Shown: positions 21,272 through 30,950, counted from the first letter of the stretch. The stretch: DNA of 64,000 nucleotides from Eubacteriales bacterium (GCA_045629745.1 JAZQRU010000004.1:29614-93613); one strand, 5' to 3'. Translations and numbers: made by a program. Notes: a model not told the origin generated them from the sequence alone.

Positions 21272-22126
21272 TTATCTATATAAGTTTATTGAATCGTTTA
21301 TTATGCTTTCAAAGCATACAGCATCCGGATAATTTTTTAAAATTTTTTCAAGCTTATAGACGTTTTTCGTTTCAAGCGCACATACGACCATATTGGTTTT
21401 TATTCCGGAATAGCCGCCCTTTGCTTCTATAATCGTAGCTGTTTTATTAAGCTTTTTTGATATATCGGAAACTATTTTTTCGGAGTCCTTGGTTATGATT
21501 TCAAATCTTACTCTTTCCTTTGAATTTCTCTCTATTATCTGACTTGTGCGCGAGGTAACAAACGAATAGATTATACTGCATATAACAGGCTCGATTATAA
21601 AGCCGTAAACGAAATACGAAACTATTGCAATACAAAAATTCAAAAAGAAAATAAGGCTCATAAAATTGTAATTCGGCTTGTATTTTCTGACAATTCCTGC
21701 GATTATATCAACACCGCCGCTTGACGCATTGAGCTTTAACGTAAAAGCATAAAGTATTCCCCTCACAACGCCTGCCGCAACGGGAGCAAGCACAATACTC
21801 GTGCCGCTTTCCGTATAGTATATAAGCTTCGTAATGTCAACGTTTTCAAGAAAAAGCGAGGTTAAGGAAAAGCTCAATATATAAATAAGCGTTTTTACTG
21901 TAAATTCTCTTTTTAAAAGAAAAAACGAAGCTATAATAAGCGGTGCGTTAAAAATAAGCGATAGATAACCGATATTCGTATTAGTCAGATATTGTATCAT
22001 TACGCAAATTCCGTCGATTCCAGACGGAGCGAATTTATTAGGCAGTACGAAAATATTGTAATTCAAGGCGCTGAATGAAGCCAGCAGTGCTATTAAAAAG
22101 GCAGTTAAAATTGTTTTTTTCATTTT
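21272..22126 (-). CDS. YitT-family membrane protein (DUF2179 C-terminal domain)
   Basis: Multi-TM N-terminal part plus the C-terminal 'IIEAKGGYSGIKTNMVVC' typical of the YitT family. The MKKTIL start at 22126 is preferred, because the longer track ORF would run through the divergent lysR promoter. Confidence 0.75.
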   Translation of the reverse strand, partial: KMKKTILTAFLIALLASFSALNYNIFVLPNKFAPSGIDGICVMIQYLTNTNIGYLSLIFNAPLIIASFFLLKREFTVKTLIYILSFSLTSLFLENVDITKLIYYTESGTSIVLAPVAAGVVRGILYAFTLKLNASSGGVDIIAGIVRKYKPNYNFMSLIFFLNFCIAIVSYFVYGFIIEPVICSIIYSFVTSRTSQIIERNSKERVRFEIITKDSEKIVSDISKKLNKTATIIEAKGGYSGIKTNMVVCALETKNVYKLEKILKNYPDAVCFESIINDSINLYR

Positions 22127-22140
22127 ATAATCCTCTTCTG

Positions 22141-22169
22141 TTGACAATATTATAAAACTTGTATATAAT
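22141..22169 (+). promoter_or_regulatory. Putative sigma-A promoter of the LysR-family gene
   Basis: TTGACA (22141-22146), a 17-nt spacer, then TATAAT (22164-22169). Confidence 0.45.
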
Positions 22170-22227
22170 ATAGTCAAATACTTTTAAAAAATAGTTTTCA
22201 TAGATAAAAACTATAAGGAGATGCTGT

Positions 22228-23187
22228 ATGTTTTCAAAATTGAATTACGTTTATGAAGTCTACAAAACTAAAAGCTTCACAAAAGCCGCAGAAAATTTGT
22301 ATATATCTCAACCGTCACTCAGCGCGGCAATAAAAAAGCTCGAGGAAAATCTCGGTGCACAGCTTTTCGAGCGTCTTGGAACGGGTGTTGAGCTTACGGA
22401 AGTCGGCAAGGAATATATCTGCGCCGTCGAAAAAATCATAGAAATTCAAGACGATTTCAACAAGCGCCTATCCGATATACATAATCTTGAAACAGGAAAA
22501 ATATCCGTCGGCGGAACGAACTATCTCTCTTCCTACCTTTTGCCTAAAATCATAAAACGATTTAAAGAGCTTTACCCGAAAATTGAGGTAACTCTCGTAG
22601 AAGCAAACTCAATTACTCTCAGTAATATGATAAAGAACGACGAGCTTGATATAATTATAGACAGCTTTGACGAAACGCTTAAGGAATATGACGGTGAGCC
22701 TCTGGCGAGTGAGAAAATTTTGCTTTGTGTTCCGCGTGAATATGAAATAAATAAAAGCTTTACGTCTTACCAGATATCCCCCGAGGATATTTTTGAAAAT
22801 TGGAGCATTTCCGAAGAAAGACCGTCTGTTTCTCTTAAAAAATTTAAAAATCAACGCTTTATAACCTTGAAGCACGGAAACGATATGGCGCATCGCGCCG
22901 CGGCTTTTTTTGAGGAAGCAAAAATTTCACCCGAAATATCCTTTACAGTCGACCAGTTGAACATTTCCTATGCACTTTCTGCTTCGGGAATGGGAGCTTG
23001 CTTTTTAACGGACACTCTCTTTAAATACGGCAAAATATTTAAAGGCGACGTCGTATTATATAACGTAGACGTTAAAAAGCCCCACCGTACGCTCTACGTT
23101 GCATATAAGAAAAATAAATACGTTTCTTACGCAAGCGCTAAATTTATTGAGCTTGCAAAAGAGCTTATAAAAGAAAATAATGCATAA
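22228..23187 (+). CDS. LysR-family transcriptional regulator
   Basis: 319 aa with the N-terminal HTH 'FTKAAENLYISQPSLSAAIKKLEENLG' and a LysR substrate-binding domain. It is divergent from the yitT-like gene. Confidence 0.85.
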   Translation: MFSKLNYVYEVYKTKSFTKAAENLYISQPSLSAAIKKLEENLGAQLFERLGTGVELTEVGKEYICAVEKIIEIQDDFNKRLSDIHNLETGKISVGGTNYLSSYLLPKIIKRFKELYPKIEVTLVEANSITLSNMIKNDELDIIIDSFDETLKEYDGEPLASEKILLCVPREYEINKSFTSYQISPEDIFENWSISEERPSVSLKKFKNQRFITLKHGNDMAHRAAAFFEEAKISPEISFTVDQLNISYALSASGMGACFLTDTLFKYGKIFKGDVVLYNVDVKKPHRTLYVAYKKNKYVSYASAKFIELAKELIKENNA

Positions 23188-23198
23188 ATATCAAAATA

Positions 23199-23258
23199 AA
23201 AAGAGGCATCTTTCGACTTTGTACGATACAAAGCTAAGTGCCTCTTTTGGTTTTATTT
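23199..23258. terminator. Bidirectional terminator between the LysR gene and the topoisomerase gene
   Basis: The outer stem aagaggca (23201-23208) pairs with tgcctctt (23239-23246), with an inner stem ctttgta/tacaaag. There are T-runs on both strands. Confidence 0.6.
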
Positions 23259-23262
23259 TAAA

Positions 23263-25509
23263 TTAAAAATCAAAGCTTAACTGGGATAAAACCGTGCCCA
23301 TATGTCCCGGTTTAACTCTTCTGCATTTTTCACCTGCATCTCCAAGCTGCTTGATTCTTTCTGTGACGAAATCAACTACCGCGCTTTTTTTGGGAAGCTT
23401 GAGGATTTGCATTCCTCTTGAGGTTCTCGTAGCATAAACGTTAACGTCAGAGCTTGAAACGATAATGGCGCGCCCCTGCGAGCTTTTCACGAAGATATCC
23501 TTGGGCTTGCCATCAATATATATTGCTCCGATAAGGGGAGAAGCTGCAGAGCACGCGCCCGAAATTTTACGGCGGCGCGATTTAGCCTCGTATGCATCCA
23601 TTTTTACTTGAGCGCCATAGCCGTTTTCGAATATATAAACTACGGAATGCTCGGGAACAATATCGTAAATCATTTTGCAGCCAATTGCGTGCTCGTCGTC
23701 GTCCATACCAAGCTTTGCGGGAACGTAGTCACCCATCTGAGAAGCCTTTGAAAGCTCGAAATCGGAAACCTTTGCACGATAAATCTGCGCTTTATCCGTG
23801 AAGAAAAGAACGTCACCGCGGTTGTCGGTATCCTCTTCGTAAATAACTACGTCACCTTCTTTGAGCTTCTGCTCGTCTGCCGCCCTCACGGACTGCATAG
23901 AAAGCTTTTTGAAGTAGCCGCCCTTCGTAAATACGAGTCGGCAGTTATAGTTTTCAAAGAAAAGCTCCTCCTTTTCTTTCTTAGACTCGGAGGCAGCCTC
24001 TTTTTCAACGATAGCGGTTCTTCTTTCCTGTCCGTACGCTTTCTTTATGCGTTGAAGTGAGGAAATTATAAGAGCCTTAAGCTTAAGCTCGTCTTTAAGA
24101 GTTGCATTTATCTCGGCAATTTCCTTCTCAAGCTCGGCAATTTCCGAAACTCTGTTGAGTATATACTCGCGGTTAAGATTACGGAGCTTAATTTCCGCAA
24201 CGTACTCTGCCTGAAGCTTTGTGAGGTTGAAGCCTTCCATAAGGTTTGGAACAACGTCTTCTTCCTTCTCTGTTTTTCTGATAATCCTTATAGCCTTATC
24301 AATATCGAATAGTATTTGCGCAAGACCTTGAAGAAGGTGAAGCTTGTCCGATTTTTTCTGAAGGTCGAAGTTAAGCGAGCGCGTTACGCACTTAATGCGG
24401 AATTTTATCCACTCGTGGAGTATTTCCCTAACGCCAAGCTGCATAGGCGTGCCCTCAACGAGTATATTGAAATTACAGTCGAAGTTATTTTCGAGCTCAG
24501 TTGCCGCAAAGAGCTTCTTTATAGTGATTTCGGGGCTTGCGTCGCGCTTAAGCTCAAAGGTTATAAGCTTTTCCCCGCTTAAGTCAATTGAGTCGCGCAC
24601 GTCGGTAACCTCACGAAGCTTTCCGAGCCTTATCATATCGGTTGCCTTTTTCATAATCGACTCAATGCACGAGGAATATGGAATTTCGATAATATCAATG
24701 GTATTTTTCTTCTTATCGTAGTTGTATTTCGCGCGCATTTTAAAGCTTCCGCTTCCAGTTTCGTAGATTTTCCGCATTTGCTCTCTGTCGTAGAGGATTT
24801 CCGCGCCGCCTGAGAAGTCGGGAGCTTTAAGTATATCAAGAATTCTGTCAACTGTCGTCTTAGGATTTTTAAGAAGCGCGATAGTCGCATCGCAAATCTC
24901 AGCAAGATTAAACGAGCAAATCGAGCAAGCCATACCAACCGCAATACCGAGGTTTGGCGAAACGAGAATGTTCGGAAAGGTCGTCGGCAAAAGTGTCGGC
25001 TCTGTAAGAGTGTTGTCGTAGTTGGGAACAAAATCTACGGCATCCTTATCTATGTCAGAAAAAAGCTCCTGGCAGAAGGTGTCAAGCTTTGCCTCTGTAT
25101 ATCTCGAAGCCGCATAAGCCATATCTCTTGAATATTGCTTACCGAAAGAACCCTTAGAGTCTATAAACGGGTGCAAAAGCGCCGCATTTCCCCTTGTAAG
25201 ACGAACCATCGTTTCATAAATAGATGCGTCACCGTGAGGGTTTAATTGCATTGTCTGTCCAACGATATTCGCGCTTTTTATTCTGCCGCTGCGTAAAAGT
25301 CCCATTTTATACATTGTATAAAGAAGCTTTCTGTGCGCTGGCTTAAAGCCGTCAATTTCGGGAATAGCTCTTGAAACTATAACGCTCATAGCGTAGGGCA
25401 TATAGTTTTTCTCAAGAGTTTCCGTTATAGGTACGGAAATGGCGGGAGCTTCATTCTGCTTTAAGTCAACAGCTTGAAGTTTTTTGTTTTTAGCAGTTGT
25501 TTTAGCCAT
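23263..25509 (-). CDS. Type IIA topoisomerase subunit A (GyrA/ParC family)
   Basis: 748 aa with 'IDGFKPAHRKLLYTMY', the catalytic Tyr context 'YAASRYTEAKL' and a C-terminal beta-pinwheel-like region. GyrA and ParC cannot be told apart from sequence alone. Confidence 0.9.
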   Translation of the reverse strand: MAKTTAKNKKLQAVDLKQNEAPAISVPITETLEKNYMPYAMSVIVSRAIPEIDGFKPAHRKLLYTMYKMGLLRSGRIKSANIVGQTMQLNPHGDASIYETMVRLTRGNAALLHPFIDSKGSFGKQYSRDMAYAASRYTEAKLDTFCQELFSDIDKDAVDFVPNYDNTLTEPTLLPTTFPNILVSPNLGIAVGMACSICSFNLAEICDATIALLKNPKTTVDRILDILKAPDFSGGAEILYDREQMRKIYETGSGSFKMRAKYNYDKKKNTIDIIEIPYSSCIESIMKKATDMIRLGKLREVTDVRDSIDLSGEKLITFELKRDASPEITIKKLFAATELENNFDCNFNILVEGTPMQLGVREILHEWIKFRIKCVTRSLNFDLQKKSDKLHLLQGLAQILFDIDKAIRIIRKTEKEEDVVPNLMEGFNLTKLQAEYVAEIKLRNLNREYILNRVSEIAELEKEIAEINATLKDELKLKALIISSLQRIKKAYGQERRTAIVEKEAASESKKEKEELFFENYNCRLVFTKGGYFKKLSMQSVRAADEQKLKEGDVVIYEEDTDNRGDVLFFTDKAQIYRAKVSDFELSKASQMGDYVPAKLGMDDDEHAIGCKMIYDIVPEHSVVYIFENGYGAQVKMDAYEAKSRRRKISGACSAASPLIGAIYIDGKPKDIFVKSSQGRAIIVSSSDVNVYATRTSRGMQILKLPKKSAVVDFVTERIKQLGDAGEKCRRVKPGHMGTVLSQLSFDF

Positions 25510-25519
25510 CTTAACACCA

Positions 25520-26569
25520 TCACAATCTAATTATTTTATGCGCCGATGCGCGTATCATTCTGTTATAAAGAGCAAGACCTACACCGCTAGTACACGGAAG
25601 AGGCGCAAAAATCTTATCAAAGGAGTGCTTGTCCGTATCTCTTAAAATCGAAAACAAAACGTGAGCCTGCTCCTCCGGCACTCCGCACGCTCCGAAATTA
25701 TAAATTACAGCATCGGGCAAAGCCTTCTTGAAAAGCTCGAAATCCTTGTCGTAGACGATAAGTGCAAGCTTACCCTCTTCCGTTTTTTTAACGTAATTTA
25801 TCATTGAAGCGGCATCGCCGTCAAGCAAAATTACGGGCGCTTTCGGCGCGTAATGCTTATATTTCATTCCGGGAGAAAGCGCGACCTCGCCCTCGCGAAG
25901 CTTATCTGTAACCGCATCCGCAATATTAACGCACGAAGCTACTGAAAGAAGCTCGTCAGGCGTTATTTTACCGGGGCGTAAAAGAGTTAATTCGTTGTCT
26001 CCGTCTATTTTCACGATAGTTGATTCAAGCCCGATTTCAGAGTCGCCGCCGTCAATTATCGCGTCAACTCTACCCTGCATATCGTCAAGCGCGTGCGAGG
26101 CCGTAGTGGGTGAGGGTGAGCCCGAAAGATTAGCCGAGGGCGCGGCAATTGGCACACCTGCCCGTTTTATAAGCTCTCTTGCGATTTTCGCCTCAGGACA
26201 GCGCACGGCAACGGTATCAAGTCCGCCGCGCGTCGCAAGAGGTACGGTTTCCTTTGCCTTTAAAACAACTGTCAAAGGTCCGGGCATAAAACGCGCTGCA
26301 AGAGCATAGTAAAGCGGACTTGTATGTGCGTACTCTTCAGCCATTTTCGGCTCGTCGATATGAATAATCAAAGGATTATCCGACGGTCTTCCCTTTGCTT
26401 CGTATATCTTTTTGCTGGAGGCTTCGTTTGTTGCGTCACCCCCGAGGCCGTAAACCGTTTCCGTAGGAAAAACCACAAGACCGCCGTTTTTGATTATTGC
26501 CGCAGCCTTGTCTATTAGTGCGAGAGCTCCCGAATCAAGCGTATCTATCTTGAACACTTCAGTTTTCAT
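25520..26569 (-). CDS. L-threonylcarbamoyladenylate synthase (Sua5/YwlC, TsaC2 type)
   Basis: 349 aa with the YrdC-like 'VVFPTETVYGLGGDA' plus a Sua5 C-terminal domain. It overlaps the prfA stop by 11 nt. Confidence 0.9.
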   Translation of the reverse strand: MKTEVFKIDTLDSGALALIDKAAAIIKNGGLVVFPTETVYGLGGDATNEASSKKIYEAKGRPSDNPLIIHIDEPKMAEEYAHTSPLYYALAARFMPGPLTVVLKAKETVPLATRGGLDTVAVRCPEAKIARELIKRAGVPIAAPSANLSGSPSPTTASHALDDMQGRVDAIIDGGDSEIGLESTIVKIDGDNELTLLRPGKITPDELLSVASCVNIADAVTDKLREGEVALSPGMKYKHYAPKAPVILLDGDAASMINYVKKTEEGKLALIVYDKDFELFKKALPDAVIYNFGACGVPEEQAHVLFSILRDTDKHSFDKIFAPLPCTSGVGLALYNRMIRASAHKIIRL

Positions 26570-27641
26570 TCTGCTCTCCTCTTAGCTTTTCTGCGGTATC
26601 CTGGGCGATAAGCTCGGTAATAAGTCCGTCAATATCGCCATCGAGAAATGCCCCGAGAGAAAAGAGAGTTTTATTTATTCTGTGGTCGGTAATTCTTGAC
26701 TGAGGGAAATTATACGTGCGTATCTTTTCGCTTCTGTCGCCGCTTCCAACCTGAGTTTTTCTCGTTGAAGCGATTTTTTCCTCTTGTTCACGGCATTTCA
26801 TATCGTAAAGCTTTGTATAGAGTATTTTTAGAGCCTTTTCCTTGTTCTGAAGCTGGCTTCTCTCCTGGTCGCACTCAATAACGATTCCCGTGGGCTTATG
26901 AGTAAGTCTTACGGCAGACTCTGTTTTGTTAATGTGCTGACCGCCCGCACCGCTTGATTTACAGGATTCGATTTTAATATCGGCAGGGTTAACCTCAACC
27001 TCGACGTCTTCCGCCTCGGGAAGCACCGCAACCGTAACGGTTGATGTTTGGATTCTTCCGTTAGATTCCGTTACGGGTATTCTTTGAACTCTGTGAACGC
27101 CGCTTTCAAATTTAAAGCGGGAATAAGCTCCCTCACCCATAACTATAAAGTTGATTTCCTTAATTCCGCCAAGCTCGGTTTCATTAAGAGAAACTACCTC
27201 GATTTTAAATCCTCGGGAATTTGCGTACATCGTATACATTCTGTACAAATCCGCCGCAAAAAGCGCAGCTTCCTCGCCGCCCGCGCCTTGTCTTAACTCA
27301 ACGATAACGTTTCTGTCGTCGTTAGGGTCTCGCGGAATGAGAAGAATTTGAAGCTCCTCTGTAAGCGCCTCAGTATTTGCCTTATGAAGCCTATACTCCT
27401 CTTCGGCAAGTGCGCGAAGGTCCGAATCAAGTGAGGAATCGCGCATCATTTCGTCTGCTTCCCTCATTTGTTTTTCCGTGTCACAGTATTCGCGGAATTT
27501 TTCAACTATGGGAGTTAAAGCCTTGTACTCCTTCATAATATTTGAATATTCCTTACTATCTGACACTATCTCGGGAAGCGTTATTAACTGTTCAATTTCT
27601 TTATATCTGTCTTCTGCTCTCTCAAGCTTCTTAAAAAACAT
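26559..27641 (-). CDS. prfA: Peptide chain release factor 1
   Basis: 360 aa with the GGQ motif 'GAGGQHINKTESAVRLTH' and the RF1-type PxT tripeptide in 'RIPVTESNGR'. Confidence 0.97.
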   Translation of the reverse strand: MFFKKLERAEDRYKEIEQLITLPEIVSDSKEYSNIMKEYKALTPIVEKFREYCDTEKQMREADEMMRDSSLDSDLRALAEEEYRLHKANTEALTEELQILLIPRDPNDDRNVIVELRQGAGGEEAALFAADLYRMYTMYANSRGFKIEVVSLNETELGGIKEINFIVMGEGAYSRFKFESGVHRVQRIPVTESNGRIQTSTVTVAVLPEAEDVEVEVNPADIKIESCKSSGAGGQHINKTESAVRLTHKPTGIVIECDQERSQLQNKEKALKILYTKLYDMKCREQEEKIASTRKTQVGSGDRSEKIRTYNFPQSRITDHRINKTLFSLGAFLDGDIDGLITELIAQDTAEKLRGEQNEN

Positions 27642-27687
27642 ATTTCCTCCAAAATTTCAAATTGTTTTTTAAAAAAAATGAGAGAAA

Positions 27688-29697
27688 CTACTTAAGAAAT
27701 GCCAAAAATGCCTCGTAGGTAGAATAAAGGTCTGCCTTTGAGATTACCTCGTAGGGCGCGTGCATAGAGATAACGGGAACGCCGATATCGACAGTTTCAA
27801 TATTATGATTTGCAATGTACTTTGCAACGGTTCCGCCGCCGCCAAGGTCAACTCTTCCAAGCTCCGCAGTCTGCCAGATAACGCCGTTTTCATTTAAAAT
27901 GCGTCTTACAAAGCCAACTAATTCCGCAGATGCGTCATTTGTACTGGACTTACCGCGAGCACCCGTAAACTTATTCATAGTTGCACCGCAGGAAAGTATT
28001 GCACTGTTGCGTCTTTCGTAAACGTCTGCAAAATTCGGGTCGAATGCCGCGGAAACGTCTGCGCTGAGACACTTAGAGTTACTTCTTACAACTCTTCCGT
28101 TTTTCTTAAGATTTGCGGAAATTTCGTCAATAATATCAACGAGAATATCGGACTGCATACCCGTAACTCCGTCAGAGCCCGTTTCTTCCTTATCCGCAAG
28201 AACAACGAGAACTGTATGACGGGAATCCGAATCCATAAGCGCCGTAAGCGCAGGATATGCGCAAACTCTGTCGTCGTGGCCGTAAGCGCCGATAAGCGCT
28301 CTGTCAAATCCTATGTCACGTGCCTTGAATGCAGGAACCAAGGAAAGCTCTGCGCTTAAGAAATCCTCTTCGGTGATGCCGTACTTTTCATTAAGTATAG
28401 ACAGCGCGGTAAGCTTGATTTTTTCTTTAACCTCTTTGTCGTTGTATGGAAGTCCGCCGATAAGAATATTAAGGCTTTCACCTGAAATTGCGCTTCCGAG
28501 AGGTTCAACAACCTGCTTTTGTGCAAGGTGAGGAAGAAGGTCGTTAATATAAAATACGGGGTCCGTGTCGTTTTCACCGATAACTACGTCAACCGAAGAG
28601 CCGTCTGCCTTAACTATAACACCGTGAATAGCTAAAGGAATAGCTGTCCACTGATATTTCTTAACACCGCCATAGTAATGAGTCTTTAAAAAGCCCATAC
28701 CGGAGTCCTCATACATAGGAATCTGCTTAAGGTCGATACGGGGAGAGTCAATGTGAGCCGCAACAATTCTCATACCGTCTTTTTCAATATCCTCAGTACC
28801 TATTGAGAAGGCGAAAAGGCTCTTTCCGTGGTGATTAAGGTATTTTTTGTCACCAACCGATATTTTATCTCCAAGGTGATATTCCCTGTATCCGCGAGCT
28901 TCGAGAAGCTTTATTGCCTCAAGTGTAGCCTCGCGCTCTGTCTTGGATTTGTCAAGATAAGTGACGTATCCCTTGGAATATTCGTAAATTTCTTTTATTT
29001 TTTCGCTTGAAGATTCCTCAAAAATATTCTTCTTTGAATAAGAAAGAGTTTCAAGCATCTTCTGTCCCTGTGATTTTTCTGACATAGCATTCTCCTTAGA
29101 ATTCTTTATTTTTTCGGAAATTTCTCTGACGCTTACACGAAGTGCGTCAAAATCTCCGTCGTTAACTATTAAAAAGTGTGAGTTTTCCTTTAAAAATTCG
29201 TCAGAGGCCTGTGTTTTAATGCGAGCAAACGCTTTTTCTTCAGAAATTCCGTCGCGCTCGACTATTCGCTTTATTCTAACGACTTCGTCTGCAATAACGG
29301 ATACAATAAAGTCGCATTTTTTATCAAAGCCCGATTCAAATAAAAGCGGCGCGTCAACTAAAACTCCGCAAAAACATTCGTCAGAAAGCGAAGCTATAAT
29401 CTCCTCTGTTTCCCGAAGCACGTGGAAATGAGCGATTTTATTAAGTTTTTTGAGCTTTTCGCCTTCACCGTCATTAAAAACTATATCGGCAAGCTTTTTT
29501 CTGTTAAGTGAGTATCCGGGGTTCAATATTTCTCTGCCGAACTCGCAAACCAAATCGTCAAGGCAAGGAGTTGCGGTTGACGTTAAGGCGTGATAAACCT
29601 CGTCGGTATTGATAAAAGCATATCCAAATTCTGAAAAAAGCTTACAAACGGTGGTTTTTCCGCTTCCGCTTCCACCTGCAAGACCTATTATCTTCAA
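27688..29697 (-). CDS. coaE: In-frame fusion of dephospho-CoA kinase (CoaE, N-terminal ~204 aa) and an M18-family aminopeptidase (C-terminal ~465 aa)
   Basis: A single open frame. The CoaE P-loop 'IIGLAGGSGSGKTTV' starts right after a TTG at 29697 preceded by GGAGG. From the Met at 29085 the M18 motifs 'AAHIDSPRIDLK', 'GAYGHDDRV', 'LADKEETGSDG' and 'VPVISMHAPYE' appear. An internal AAGGAG (29092-29097) lies 6 nt before that ATG. The hydrophobic track extension to 29778 is not used. Confidence 0.8.
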   Translation of the reverse strand: MKIIGLAGGSGSGKTTVCKLFSEFGYAFINTDEVYHALTSTATPCLDDLVCEFGREILNPGYSLNRKKLADIVFNDGEGEKLKKLNKIAHFHVLRETEEIIASLSDECFCGVLVDAPLLFESGFDKKCDFIVSVIADEVVRIKRIVERDGISEEKAFARIKTQASDEFLKENSHFLIVNDGDFDALRVSVREISEKIKNSKENAMSEKSQGQKMLETLSYSKKNIFEESSSEKIKEIYEYSKGYVTYLDKSKTEREATLEAIKLLEARGYREYHLGDKISVGDKKYLNHHGKSLFAFSIGTEDIEKDGMRIVAAHIDSPRIDLKQIPMYEDSGMGFLKTHYYGGVKKYQWTAIPLAIHGVIVKADGSSVDVVIGENDTDPVFYINDLLPHLAQKQVVEPLGSAISGESLNILIGGLPYNDKEVKEKIKLTALSILNEKYGITEEDFLSAELSLVPAFKARDIGFDRALIGAYGHDDRVCAYPALTALMDSDSRHTVLVVLADKEETGSDGVTGMQSDILVDIIDEISANLKKNGRVVRSNSKCLSADVSAAFDPNFADVYERRNSAILSCGATMNKFTGARGKSSTNDASAELVGFVRRILNENGVIWQTAELGRVDLGGGGTVAKYIANHNIETVDIGVPVISMHAPYEVISKADLYSTYEAFLAFLK

Positions 29698-29827
29698 ATT
29701 CTGCCTCCAAAAGAAAAACAATAACTCAATATATATTATAACTAAGAAAACCTTAAAAGTCAAGCAAAAGAATATCAATTATTTTCCATAAGAATATTAT
29801 TTTAGTAAAATGCAAGGAGAAAAAGAA

Positions 29828-30859
29828 ATGCAAAACAGATATAGAGAATATTATGCTGCTGCAAACGGCTTTACGGGCTTCAGAAGCTATTTTGAGGAAG
29901 TATTCCCAAGCGAAGCTATGTCGGGAATTTTTATTTTGAAGGGCGGCCCCGGCACAGGAAAAAGCACGCTTATGAAAAAAATTCTCAATCTTTTTTCTGA
30001 GAAAGGCTATAAAACAGATGCTGTTTTTTGCTCCTCTGACCCGCACTCACTCGACGGAGCTATAATTGACGGGCGAGTGGCAATTCTCGACGGAACAGCC
30101 CCGCACGAAATGGACACAAAGCTTCCCGGTGCATTAGACGAAATTATAAATCTTGGTGAGGGGTGGTCGTGGCAAAAGCTCAAAAGCTCACGTAAAAAAA
30201 TTGAAGAGCTTAATAAAAACAAAAAGCAGAATTATAATTCTGCCTATAAATATCTATCTTTTTCTGGAAATATTCACAATTATAAAATTGAGCTGCTAAA
30301 AAAGCTCTTTAATTTTAAGAGCGCCGAAAGCGCGATTTTAAATTTAACAAAAGACTTCAGTTTGATCGAAAAAAAGCCAAAACGCATATTGATTTCCGCA
30401 TTCTCAAAAGAAGGACTTACACGCCGAAGCTTCTCAGGGTTTGAGGTTAAAAAGCTCTATTCCGTAACAGGAAAGCTTGGCGAGGGCGAGCTTTATTTTG
30501 ATGTTTTAAAAAATGCGTCTTTTGGTAAATTTCCTATAACAATATTTCCCTCTCCCTTTTCCGATAACGTGACCGAGGGTATTTATTTTGAAAATGAAAA
30601 AACTCTTTTCCTTAGCAATGCTAACGGCGGCGAAGTTATAGATGCAAATACGTACTTATATGAAAGCCAAGACGAAGAAATAGATTTTTTAAATGAAAAC
30701 GAAAAGATTTATCTTGAAAAATCAAAGCATTATTTCAAAAAAGCCGCGGAGTTTCATTTTTTACTTGAGGATATTTACAGGGACTGTATGAATTTTGGGA
30801 AAAATCAAGAAGTTTTTGAAATTCTCAGCGAAAAGATATTAAAATTATTGTCGGATTAA
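29828..30859 (+). CDS. Uncharacterised P-loop NTPase (resembles the conserved Firmicutes PRK06851-type ATPase, from memory)
   Basis: Walker A 'ILKGGPGTGKSTLMKK' and 'VAILDGTAPHEMD'. The ATG at 29828 follows AAGGAG (29814-29819), so the track start at 29810 overlaps the RBS. Confidence 0.6.
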   Translation: MQNRYREYYAAANGFTGFRSYFEEVFPSEAMSGIFILKGGPGTGKSTLMKKILNLFSEKGYKTDAVFCSSDPHSLDGAIIDGRVAILDGTAPHEMDTKLPGALDEIINLGEGWSWQKLKSSRKKIEELNKNKKQNYNSAYKYLSFSGNIHNYKIELLKKLFNFKSAESAILNLTKDFSLIEKKPKRILISAFSKEGLTRRSFSGFEVKKLYSVTGKLGEGELYFDVLKNASFGKFPITIFPSPFSDNVTEGIYFENEKTLFLSNANGGEVIDANTYLYESQDEEIDFLNENEKIYLEKSKHYFKKAAEFHFLLEDIYRDCMNFGKNQEVFEILSEKILKLLSD

Positions 30860-30909
30860 CCCGTCTTTCCTTGACATTCATAAAATAATATGATATATTA
30901 TATAAAAGA

Positions 30910-30945
30910 AAAGCTGTTGCGGAATCGCAACAGCTTTAATAAAGG
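30910..30945 (-). terminator. Rho-independent terminator of ackA
   Basis: A perfect 12-bp stem aaagctgttgcg (30910-30921) / cgcaacagcttt (30926-30937), with a T-run on the minus strand just downstream of the ackA stop. Confidence 0.65.
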
Positions 30946-30950
30946 CTTTA

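Noticed and set aside
29698-29778. Hydrophobic N-terminal extension 'MIFFCLTFKVFLVIIYIELLFFFW' on the coaE ORF, which could suggest a membrane-anchored kinase.
   Set aside because: A GGAGG at ideal spacing precedes the TTG at 29697, right before the P-loop strand. The extension runs through the AT-rich divergent promoter region.
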